Below, piece after piece: positions 52,096-64,000 of a DNA stretch of 64,000 nt (positions are counted from its first letter, which is position 1; every line of letters begins with the position of its first letter). The position numbers and the translations under genes are program-made. Where the stretch lies: the NCBI RefSeq assembly GCF_964204645.1, contig NC_134033.1:14268655-14332654 (forward strand), in the 5' to 3' direction. This DNA comes from Tubulanus polymorphus (lineage: Eukaryota; Animalia; Nemertea). The notes under the pieces were generated by a model. That model saw only the letters and a list, made by a program, of their open reading frames with translations, was not told where the DNA came from and did no database searches.

Positions 52096-52539
52096 AGAGA
52101 GGGCACAGGTGATTCGTGATCCAGTACCACAGCTATGACCGAGGCTTTAACTTTGAAGAGTCTATTATTACTAGAAAATGAACTGAATTTTGACTCTCGC
52201 GCATCGAATTGTTCCGTAGGTCGTGTACTCATTCGAGTGGGTTATATCAGCCGATTTATTCGGTACTTAGCCATTCCCAAGTCAAATGAAATGATGATAT
52301 TTATTATTGATGAAAACAAAAGTCTTTTTATCGTTCTTTATAAAATAATGTTTATAGTAATTTTTGTATAGACAAAAGAATAAATTTTCAGATTTATCAC
52401 AAATTGACTGTTACGGCTTTTTTTACTTTTTGTTTCTATCGTAAATGGGTTCGAATGCTGGTCGATCGTGTGGTGAAGGGTTAGGTGTTCATTATTTCGG
52501 AATACACCGGACTTCAGGATTTAATTGTTCTTGGGTCGT

Positions 52540-52790
52540 TTTCTCCAGCCTTGTATTACAGCAGTTGACAGTCAAGACCGAAAGCTCTCGCTCTGGGTCA
52601 CAGAACCTCCCAGTTTCCCAGTTACAACGCCACCACGATATTTTCCCACATCATTCTGACGAATAGCTCGAGATATTTCCTATTCAAGTCATCATCACCT
52701 GTTTCCGGGGAGCATCTTTGATGATAGCTTTCTACTTCTCAAAGACGTTATACAAATGCACAATCCAATCCTCTTCCATTTTTATCGACC
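52540..52790 (-). mobile_element. Possible degenerate LINE (RTE-like) endonuclease relic
   Basis: The minus-strand translation with stops (LYNVFEK*KAIIKDAPRKQVMMT*IGN...CGK) loosely resembles the apurinic-endonuclease region. The evidence is weak. Confidence 0.25.
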
Positions 52791-54813
52791 TGCATTTGTG
52801 GAACCCCTCGAGCCAGAACCGATTTGGTCAGGATTTACCGAACACCTACGCTTATTTATACTCCTCATTTTTGACGCTGTCAAAACCGTTAAAATGATGT
52901 TGGCGTTTCAAAATAGCGTTTATTTTGAAATTATATATATTTCATAACTCCTATTTCATTTTTGATAAATCGTGATAACCATTTTTTAAAAGGATGTGCA
53001 TTATACGTCGTGTATCGGGGCTAGACTGGTTGTCGGTCAATTCAATTCAATTACCGATATATTCATACCCACAATAACTTTATCGATAATATCTACATCA
53101 CATTATTTATTGTCGACAACATTACGCAATGTGTTATTTCTACATAAACTTTCAAGTTAGTTTTCTTGTTCATCTTTCGCTTACTCCGTAAGCGTCAACG
53201 TTGCCTGCGGTCGTCGACGTATGATGATGATTAATAGCAAACGTTTTACGGCTGCTGATAAAACAACGATTCTACAAAATACTCACCGCTGAAAAACACG
53301 TTTTCCGACCCGAAAATATTAGAACAACGTGTTCAAGATGAGGTACGTTACTGGCTGCACGTATTCAGAAAACGTTCTCAGATCCAAGTCGTTTTTACCT
53401 GTGTTTTCTAAGATTGATAATTCAAGTATTCAGTTTGTACAGTGGAACCTCGTTGATACGAACTAGTACTTGGGGCAATAGGGAATTATTCATATAAACG
53501 AGAATAACATGAAATCCATCGTAAATTTCTCGCTAATAGGTGTGCCAATATGTCCGTGATACAGATATATTATGAAATATTCATTTTTAGAAATCTATTC
53601 ATTCATTTGCACTGATATACTAGGGAAATGAGACATATAGGGCCGGACCATCAATTTTCATCGTTTTCACAAATTTTTCGTGTTCGAATGAAACTGATTT
53701 TTTACCAGTGATTTGCACTACATTTAGACGGACATACGACACTCATAGTTAACCAGCGAGTTTCGTAATAAGCCGTCTCGTGTTAAGGAGGTTCCACTGT
53801 GTTCAGGAGCTTCTGGCCCGACAAATCCGACCTTTTTGGTCGGTAAGGACGAAATGCAATCCTACGTAGTATATTTGTTTCGTTTAAGTAAGAAATTCAT
53901 GTCAGGCTAAGGCTAGGAACCGCGCAGAAATGTAACGTATATTCAGTGCAGATCCTTGGGTCTCAGTGCAATCAACGAGCAATTATCTCAACCGTTGAGA
54001 TAATCGCTCGTAGATGTACCGAATTTCAATGGGTACAACCGTCGCGGAGGCGTCATTGCCCGCGTTCTTCTTAGCAATTTTGACGTTTTCATCGAACAGT
54101 TTATGAGGAAGAAAAAACAAGAAAAGAATGAATTGTTCATTTAACAGTTTAAACAGAAGAAAACAAGAATTTTCGCGCAATAAAATGAATTTTTCATTTG
54201 ACATTTAGCAGTTTTGAAGAGAAGAAAAAATAATAATCGTGCAATAGAATAGAATAAATGATATAAACGGAGACGGTGGAAATTTCTCGATTTTATCATC
54301 TAGCGATAAATGCGCATGTATTTCAGAGGGCCTGGTGCACTTATGATGTCGGCACAGGTGCCATTACATTAAAGGCTAATAATAGCAAAAATAAACACGC
54401 ACACGTATATAAACATGTTTTACCTGTACCCGAGTACTAGCTTTATGATGCTGCATATATTATGCGCTGCTGCTGCCGCTGCTGCTGATGGCATACCTGT
54501 ATATGATAAACATGGCGGCACGCAAGAACAATATTCCACGCGGAGAGGTGGGCAAAACAGAAACTGCGCCATAACTGATCGTAACCGTCGGTTTCATTAT
54601 TAAGATAAATTTGATTCATTTCCCGATGCTTTAGGATTCATGCAAAAGGCCATTGACCTTTGGCCATCCTTTTTAGCGAGCTTTTAGTTTCACTTTTCTT
54701 CACAGAATACGTCAATACTTAAATCCCCCCTTTTCAAAGAACCAAAAATGTATTTCTAACGGAATCGTCATCAAAATTTGCGTTTCCCTTACGAACCCAC
54801 TACACCTACCGGG

Positions 54814-54913
54814 AGCGAAAGAAAGGGTTTGATTTTGAAATCGGAAATCGAAGTACAGATATAGCGAAAGAAAGGGTTTGATTTTGAAATCGGAAATAGA
54901 AGTACAGATATAG
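54814..54913 (+). repeat. 49-bp direct tandem duplication
   Basis: AGCGAAAGAAAGGGTTTGATTTTGAAATCGGAAAT.GAAGTACAGATAT occurs twice. Confidence 0.9.
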
Positions 54914-55500
54914 GGCTTTGGTCGGTATGTTTAACGTCGATTCTAATTTGAAATATCGAGAAATCTATTCGTAGCCTTTTTACACTGAATATCCACCGAG
55001 TTACGAATTTCTTTGCGAGTGCAAAATAGCAGTGAAATATTTGTAAATTAATCTTTTAACCAAACCTAGATATAGTTCTTACGTATGCTGAATATCTATA
55101 CATTCATGATATATGGATTTCTATACGAAAGCATTAAATATGAGAGAACAGGTGAAGTCTATAATATACAGCGTATCCATATCTATATCTCGATAGCTCT
55201 TTTTGTTCTTTCCCTCTCTCCCTCTCTCTCACTCTCCGGGGGTATAAAAATAACGTCCTATAGCAGCAGCAACGGCGAATATTTCTCACAGATTCCTGGA
55301 ATAGATAGCCGTTCATCATAAGCAGCCGGCTTTATCAAATCTTTGCTTCTTCTACGTACAAAGTACAACGTATCTATGAATTATTGATACATAGCGACCA
55401 CATAAAAGAAAAGACTGGGGCCTTATTTCCAACTACCAAAATACACAAACTGGGTGTCTTTTATACAACGTATGTCTACATGATCATCGATTAATGATTC

Positions 55501-55640
55501 GGGGGCCAGTTGCACAGTCGTGACTTAAGTCCAAAAAGGGTCTTAAATCTTAAGACTGGTCTTAAGTTGTTAGATTGGCTATAGAACTAAGTTGGTCTTA
55601 GACTGGTCTTAAGTCTAAGCCATGACTATGCAACCTGCCC
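55501..55640. mobile_element. Harbinger-like MITE (GGGGCCAGTTGCACAGTC...GACTATGCAACCTGCCCC), family C
   Basis: TIRs with internal CTTAAG/GACTGGTC repeats. Relatives at ~22596-22705, 27674-27788, 28262-28320, 48893-49026, 50422-50624 and 50660-50800. Confidence 0.65.
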
Positions 55641-56641
55641 CAGATGTATAAGCATGTTAAAATCATGTATAGCATGTTAAAATCATGTTTGTCGAAAGAC
55701 GAATGCCGCAAAACATGGAACATGGAGATTATCAAATCCTGTTAAGGATCGGGTGGCTGCATGTAAACCGGAAATGAACGTCGCGGTATTTTGGGATGGG
55801 GTTCGAACCCGCCTTAATTTGTGACGCGTGACGTCATTTCTTCGGGAATCGAACCGACCATCAAAACCGTCCCGTAAACTCTTCTCGTCGGGCCTAGAAA
55901 TTTACTGAATTACCGATTAAAATTTTAGAAGTATTTCACACATTTCGATATGAAATTGAGGAACCACGTTGCAGATTCTTTTTGCTTTTATTGTAGTTAA
56001 AGAATTTCGTTGTTCATCCCGCAGAAACACAGACCACGTTTAAAGTGTATCTTTATAGCATAGTTTTTATTGCGAAATAATGATTTTATCGCTGCGTAGA
56101 ATTCTCTGTTCTCAACACTAGAGGTGTACACCAGTATATATCTTTGATAAATATAGTATATAGGTATACATTATAATATTAGCTACAGCACGCGCGCCGT
56201 ATAGGAGTCAGATCGCGAGCGGTGAATCCAGGATCAAATTTCAGAGACGGAGTTTCCTTTGTAAACAGCACCCGATCGTTTCATCCGCGAACGGTAGGGA
56301 TCGCAGCATCCCACGCCCCCGACAGACGACACCGCGTTCGTCGACGCGCCGGTAAATCCGCCCGCCGGCGATTCGCAAAAAACGTCTGCCCTCGAATTTC
56401 GTACTCGGGCGGTCCGGTCCCTGACGCAGACGCGTAGCCTTGAATATCGACGCATTATCAACCGCGCAATCTACAACCCCTTTTCGATATCGTGGACGAG
56501 TCCGAGGAGGTCCGAACGACGCCCTCTGGTGTCGCAAGGTGGAGCATAAAATTCTTATCATTCCGGTAAGACGAAGAGATATCACAGTACGGCATAGACA
56601 TCAGTACTTCTCTGTTGAAGGAACTCGGATAGATACATAAA

Positions 56642-59600
56642 ATGGTAAGCACGTTTTCATCTGTACTGAAATTTATTTCGTTATCATTTTCATTCGCGAT
56701 GAATTCAATTAATGTTTTTAAGAATAGAAGAAACTTTTAAAGGTTTCTTTCTGTCTATTCGAAATGAATTTCTTCAAGAATAAGTACTTTCTTTATGCAA
56801 TAATCTATCAAATCGTTTGAGAAGATTTTCTTTTCTATTTACCAAGTCATTTATTTGAAAGTCTTAAGAACATTTTTGTTTGTAAAATTATTGTCTTCTT
56901 TCTTGCATTTCCCTTGGGATTTCATTTTAAGGTAATTAGATTGCAGATCATGGGTTTTTATCTTACATTTTCCATCCATCGAAATAACAATGGGTCCATT
57001 ATTTCTTGTATAGTCTAAAAGAATTATCAGTTTCATTTTTCCTGCGTTTTCAAAATATGCGAAATAAAATGTCGGAACTTCGGAAAGCTATCTCGAAGCA
57101 GCCAGCTAATCCGCATGGCAACCGAATCCGGATAATCTGAATCCTTTAATCCGCCTAATCTCGCAAACATATCCCTGTTAAGTAGCTGTTACAGGATACG
57201 CGAATGTAGCGGGAGACAAATTCTTTTTCAACAAATTATATGCGTTTTGAGCTGAATTTGATGTTCTGAGAAAGCCATACTTAGATCATATCTAACCATT
57301 CTATACGTGTAAGAGAACCACAACAGAGCGTGGTTGATTTGAATAAATTCCTCACAATCTCTGATTCCGAAAAGCGATAAGTTCGTATTTCAACTCACTT
57401 TCTTTCAATTTGTATAATATGTACTCATAGGTAGAGTTTTTCAAATATTCAGTCATGTACACGCAGCCAAACATTTCCTGAGGTGTTTGTTCAGTAAAAT
57501 TGAATTGCTATTCACAATTCTTTTGCAAAAAGTCGATACATTCGGGTTATCTTATCTCTTTACAGGCAGACTTATCAGCTGACGAAATTGATGGTAAGTA
57601 CATGAAAAGGAAACATTCTGGAAACATATTGAAATAAGGGTCTTAACTACGTATAACATCAAACACATAGAAATGAGTTAAGAAATGAAAAATAAAACCG
57701 AAGAAAATTTGAGAAAAAACTGAGGAAAACTCCATAACTGAAAGTGGAAAATGTAACTGTTGATGGTGAGGGTGAAAAGTCAATTTTGTATAAAAGGGGG
57801 AAATTCTTTGAGACTTTAAAAGTTGGATAATGATACGCTACGTCGATTAACACTAACGGTTCTCAGGTTCGCGGTAACTAAAAGCGAATGAACCGGTCAG
57901 TGAGTGCATCGTGTAGCCAAACATAGTTCTACATCTTACTATTACCTTACAACCGAACCGAAATAGTTTTAATAAATCTACGCAAGCCAGTGTAGGAAAA
58001 TCGTTCTAAAACTAGCCCCCCTCATATCGAATATCGAGAAATATAAAATCAGCATATCGCAGAAGGGTAGGTCTGTATGTTATGTTACGGAGATGAAAAG
58101 TAACCGTTTATCTTCACTTCAGAAGCCGTGACGGCTTGTCTAACAACAAACTTCTCTTAGTTTTAAGAAATACAATACGACCGCACACCTAGACGCTTTC
58201 ATCTCTCCGCGAATAAATACAACTTATTTCGGGGCCTTTTTACGGGCTTCATGATACACTGAAACTCTGTTATATGTATCTATATATAAAAAACGGCGTC
58301 AAATCTCGAATCGAAATCGAGTGTTACATAAGCAAAACTTCAACGACGTATTTTATCTTCTTCAAAGCGGTTTTTCGTTGCGGAAAGATCTATAAACTTA
58401 TCAATATACTCGCGCCGCGGGCTTTGATAGCGAACAGTTTTCACTCCTTTGAATAAACTATACGCGCATTTTTTCTCAAAGATTCCTTTCGATGCCAAAT
58501 TATTTCTGTTCTGCATTCAGCATTATTCTGATTGACATACACCGATTATTACGAAACGAAACATATATAGGCATTGTATTTTTTCCTGGCGATGATTTAG
58601 CGAAGGCCTTGCTTTGCACATACGTTTAATTGACGCTCATTCGTTAGTTCGAATTTGAAACTAACGACTTTAGAACCGCGTTAACCTTTACAAATCTAGT
58701 TTTCAAATAGTCTTTCTTTTGATTGGTTTGTAGAACATTTTTTCCTTTAAAACATGCGTCATAATTAATGGCGGATCCCCCAGAAAGAAGCTAAATTTCT
58801 CGATTTCCGTTGGTTTGAGACGCAGTAGGTCGCGTATCGATACGTAGATAGCGGTATGATATCGAAGCGCGTCTGCTAGACTTGATCAAAAAACAAATCC
58901 AGGTACGGTTTAGCGTAACGTAAAACCGATAGTTACCGGCGATGGCGCGTACGTGCGTAATACATGTGTTCAATTTAACGTTAAAACAACTTCATTCATA
59001 TCGATGATGATTGACTTTCATTCGTTCCGCAGAGAGAGAGAGAGAGAGTAAAGTGCCGAGCATTCTTCGTATAGGTTATAGTAATGTGTATAGCGGGAAT
59101 GACGAATGAGCCCTCGTAACCTTAAACCGGTGTATTTGCACCTGATAGCGACGCGAGCATGATGCATCAAACCCGATGTCAATCAGCCCTTCAAAGTCTG
59201 CCCCTCTCACTCACTCTCTCTCCTCTCTCTCTCTCTCATTCACCGATTTGATAATGTTACAATGAAATTTATTTTCTTTCCGCGTCTGAAAGCGTTTTCG
59301 TAAGTTTAAGAGTTTAAGAAATATCTTATCGATAATTTGCCAAGCGCTGAAAGACTTTTTTTACATCTTCAATTTTCGAATTCAGTTGGCAACAATTTCC
59401 AACGCGGCCGTAAAATAAAAGTGTAATTTGTAGATGCATCATTCTTCGAGTTTCGAGATAATCGAAATTGTATCAGTTAGAAAATATAAGCTACATCGTT
59501 CATTGAACTGTTTCAAGGAAGATGTTTTGGTCAGCTTCGGAAAGTTTCCAAGCTCAGATACATATTCGATTGGAATGTAGATAATATACAACCTTGTGAT

Positions 59601-62600
59601 TCCCCCAAAATTCTGATTATTATACACTGTTCGTAAAGACTGTTCGTATTGATTTCTTTTCTTTTAATTTGAATGTTGAATCGGGGAGAAATTGATATCA
59701 GCATATAATAGAATGGAATGGAAATTTATTTCATTAAGATGTTAAATTGTAGGACATTATTATAAAAATATGGGATAAGGATAAAAAAGTAACTCGATAC
59801 TAAAAAGAAATTCTAACATCCGTGTTGTGATGTACATGGTTATATGTATTTCTGACTGCAGAAGGGCAGGGGGCAGCTGGGGCCTTGAATCGAGCATACA
59901 AATGTTTGATAAACATGTTGCATAAACATATACCGCGCATAAATAAGTCGATGGATAGGTGATATATATTCTTCAAACCTTGGCGCGGCGATATCGGTAC
60001 CAGCGAGCACACTGCACCACCTTCTCGTTGTATTATTGTTACAGGTCTGTGGTATAGGGTTACTGCGCGCCAGAGCTATGCTTAGTAAACGTATAAACTC
60101 TAAACATATCCATAATTGGTACATTATAATGCTCCCCCTACACCACACCGCGCGCTCGCAGCCACGAGTACGTCGATTCGTTGGCGCTAAACACTTTTAT
60201 CTCTCGGGATGCTCTGGCATGTTTCGCTGTTGCTTTTTTTCGTCTAAACGTCTGTCATAATATAATTGTATATAAAAGAAGAATACGTATATAAACCGCC
60301 AGCAGATGGCGCTCATTTAACACCGAACATATTTCAATATCAATTCCGTCAAATTGTAGTCAGTACATTTCCATTCATTGAATGCCGTAAATTCTAGTAT
60401 CAATTTTTATTTCACTGAATTATTTTACAGATGTTAAGAATTGAGCTTTAGGCTTCGGTCTTTTAATGAGATCCTCTCTTTGAACTTTTCCCGTACATTT
60501 AAACCCACGAGTTCATATCCTCTGGTGAGAAAGTGCTCGTAGAGCAACCATCGTTGAATAATTTATTTCAACGACCAGACAACTTTTTTTTCGTTTTACA
60601 TCATTAAGTTACGATCGTATTGCTGGATAGATTTTGGCAGAATTTTGTAGAACCTTCAAATTTTCTGGTCGATACGAAATATGTACGGCAGGGATCTAAC
60701 ACGAGCCGTAGTAATATATACCCGCTATCGGGTCCACGTCGTTTCGTGTTAACCGTACAAACATACCGGTGTTGTGAATCACTGTTTTAGAGCGCGCCGA
60801 CAGCTGTAACCAATCGACGAGCTCGTCTGACGGTCAGTTATAAGTTGGTAATTAACAGCACGGACCGACGATCGATTTAACGAACGGTAACCACGTGTAT
60901 GTGTATATTGCAGCAAAACGTGATAACTCGCACTGTTAGTCAAGTAATAAACGTAGAGCAGTTATTTATAATATATCTAACCTACTACAGGCTCACTACG
61001 TAACTCATTATCCAAATTGTATAATGTATTCGGCCTGTGGCTCAGTGGCGATAAAAAAGAATAATAATCATCCATTTCGGGTATAGTTTTAATTGTTTCA
61101 GAATTTTGAGTATGCCTTTAAAAATCGCATTGAAATGTTGCTCAATGGCGATACCTACCGTACTCGATTAACAAAAAAACACACATATCGCGTATAGTTT
61201 CAATTGTTTTCAAAATTTTCGTTGTACATAATTAGTTAAGGGGCCTGAAAACTAGAAAATAATGTATTTTCGCCTATAATGGAGGCCGACGTACATTCAC
61301 TTTTTGAAGCGAATACTACGGTGCCATCTTGCGAATCGTTTACACATCATCCCTATAACTAATAAGCAAGCTATCGCGTCGGTAGTACACTAGGTGGCGT
61401 ATGAGTACATTTCCGCGGCTACTTTTAGTTCATCGAATTTCATTTTAGTTCATCGAATTCCCACAAGATGTCCGTAGGGTCGGTAAGTCGGTGAACTTTT
61501 AGTTTAGCCGATCACCGATAAGTGGCGCCAGGGTCAGTTTCCGGTGCGCTTGAATGCTGGAAACTTAGATCGCGATGAGGCATACAGCCGTATTTTTAAA
61601 AATTCTTTGCTAAAAATAAAGCGCAGCATCTTCACTCTGAAATACCTCATAAGCGAATGTATATGACTTCAACGCACGCGGTTCTACTTCCAATTGAAAT
61701 GAGAAAAGATTTTTAAAAACTCCTCTTTCTCGATAGTATAAATATGTCTCAATATGTCTGTGGCTATTGTGTAGGGTTAGTAGTGAAAAGAATGTTACAT
61801 ATGATAGGTGCAGCTGAATACCATAGATAAACTTGATAAACATATAGACATAATGGAATGGAGGACTAATAGGTGGCCAGCAGTGAGTTGTCGGGCTACG
61901 AAAAATCATTAAGTAGCCACTAAAAGCATTTCCAAAACCGAAAATATCTTAACAATTTCTCCCAATTTTTCCGATGCTGAATAAGTATTTAGATATATGC
62001 GAGATTATTTTCTCAATCCCGACAGTGGTTTGTGAAAAGCATATTCGTATCCCTACGGCGGCGGTATGATATGCGGGTAAACACGATGTACGGAACATTC
62101 TGTTTGCCTGCAACATTGCCAACGTTGAATCATCAACATTTATTTATATCTTACACCACAGTATAAGACAGCGGTAACCGAAGTTCGGAGGAATTTATTC
62201 TTCATACGATAAAATATAGCATCCCTTCTCCCAGCGGTGATATGTAAACAACCCTAGATGATCGCTCGCACATATAGGCCTACACTCACATACACCATCA
62301 TTCCCAGCCAAATCCCGTTATTAGGATATCAAGAGTCATGGTCAATAATTTTCATTATCATTATTGCTAAAATCCAACTTCAACTAGTTTGCGGATATAA
62401 TGACATTCGATAGAATAATGAAGCTTTCTTTGGATAATTAACGAACCGGTCCCAACCGCCCTCATACCTCTCAAGAAGATGAGAAATAGCAAATCTGTAA
62501 ACGAACAAGTCTAAGAAATCAGCGAAACTATGAATAAGTCGCAGAAGTTGGGTCCATTAAAAAATTAGATATTTTTCCTAAACTTTAGAGGCATGCATTG

Positions 62601-63762
62601 GAGGCAGTCCGACGTGCTCAATTCGTTTGTGAGATTTTGGGCATTGCTTATGTACGAGAAGGACCCTCCAGGAAGAACTGATGAGCTGATAGGGCGGAGG
62701 GAGTTACAGTATGGCCACATTGTAATCATTTGTATTAAGATGTGTGATATTCGTTGTATATTTCTAGACGTTCGTGACGTATTCGACTTATTCGATTTCT
62801 GGGATGGTCGCGATGGAATGATCGACGCTTTCAAGGTCGGCGACCTTCTCCGATGTATCGGCCTGAACCCGACGAACGAGGAAGCCTTGAAACATGGTGG
62901 AACGAAAAAGATGGGTACGCCTTGTCCTATGCAGCCCTCATCCTCAATGACCTCATTAACTACATAACTATCAAAGTTATGCAAGATATTATCTCCATTT
63001 TGTGATTTACTCGAGACGGTTTTAAACCTGTTCTGTATATTAATTATGCAAACTTCGTCATTTCAGGAGAAAAACAATACAAATTTGAAGAGTTCCTTCC
63101 AATATACAAAGAGCTCGGTGGTGCAACCGATACCGGAACTTTCGCAGACTTCAACGAAGCTTTCAAAACCTTTGACAGAGAAGGCCTTGGTTTGATATCC
63201 TCCGCAGAATTGCGACACGTGTTAACATCTCTCGGTAAGTATTTCGAGTCTCCACTTCGCAAAATGTGAATCACATAAGTCGTTTCCGGACGTTCCAAAT
63301 CGCTGACACTATAAGTAGTAGAATAGCCACACCCAGACGTGGAAAAATGTCGAAAAAGATTAAAAACGAAATATTTATCAAGATTAAAAGACACCTTTGA
63401 GGGAAATTACACTAGATTGCATCCTGTCGAAGGAAAACTTGTTTATTCAGGTCTTACGAATCTTGTTTACTCTAAAGGTCTAGTTTGCCAATTTTTGCTT
63501 ACTATATCGCATTACCGGCAAATCAAGTAATATACCTGTCTTTTAATACGATTTACCTTCCTTATAATTGTCATATATCTAAAAGATATGTTCTTTTTCC
63601 CCACATCTCGGAACTCCGGTGCCACTATCTTTTCATTTTACCTGGATGTGTATTCCATTCATTTTTTGTCTACAGGCGAACGATTAACGGATAAAGATAT
63701 AGACAATGTGATCACATGGACGGAAACTCATGAAGATATTGATGGAAATGTTAAATATGCCG
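56642..63762 (+). CDS. Myosin essential light chain (mollusc/lophotrochozoan type), 3'-partial
   Basis: ATG-only exon 56642-56644|gtaagc, then 57566-57593 (ADLSADEID), 62768-62914 (DVRDVFDLFDFWDGRDGMIDAFKVGDLLRCIGLNPT), 63067-63234 (GEKQYKFEEFLPIY...FKTFDREGLGLISSAELRHVL) and 63676-63762 (GERLTDKDID...DGNVKYA). The final exon is beyond the window. Confidence 0.95.
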
Positions 63763-64000
63763 GTCAGTATCGAGAACATGATAATCGCTCAATGAAACGC
63801 CCACTGTTCGTGTTGTGACGATAGTATTAAATCCCACACAAAGTATTCCTAAGTATAATTGGAGATGACTCTCCAGATATACTGTAGTTAGCCGAACAGT
63901 GGAATGAACTATAACTCATAGGATAATTTTCGGATTACATTGTTATCAATCTTAGACGGGATTTTATTACCATTGAAAACTGCAATATATGATCCTATTA

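Overview
This is intron-rich, AT-rich animal genomic DNA, probably from a lophotrochozoan invertebrate judging by the mollusc-type DFWDGRDG myosin essential light chain. It is not prokaryotic, and most ORF-track entries are exon fragments or spurious. Splicing by hand at GT-AG sites with phase checks gave seven genes. (1) A complete 8-exon, strongly divergent stand-alone PANK4-like/fumble pantothenate-kinase-fold gene (- strand, 9000..1862). (2) A 2-exon secreted 8-Cys peptide gene (10013..11063). (3) A 3-exon secreted Pro-rich, 12-Cys protein gene (13484..15192). (4) An AT-hook plus 8xC2H2 zinc-finger gene (- strand, 5' end unresolved). (5) A 19-exon strawberry-notch-family helicase-like gene (21181..34595). 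(6) Serine palmitoyltransferase 2 (37473..52095). (7) A myosin essential light chain (from 56642, running off the window). Introns carry piggyBac-, Harbinger- and Tc1/pogo-type MITEs and several minisatellites. The most notable items are a ~24-copy 49-bp minisatellite whose unit reads as a minimal Penelope-type hammerhead ribozyme (with dispersed and palindromic relatives), the motif-degenerate PanK-like gene, and the two orphan secreted Cys-rich genes. Family assignments come from recalled motifs, not database searches.
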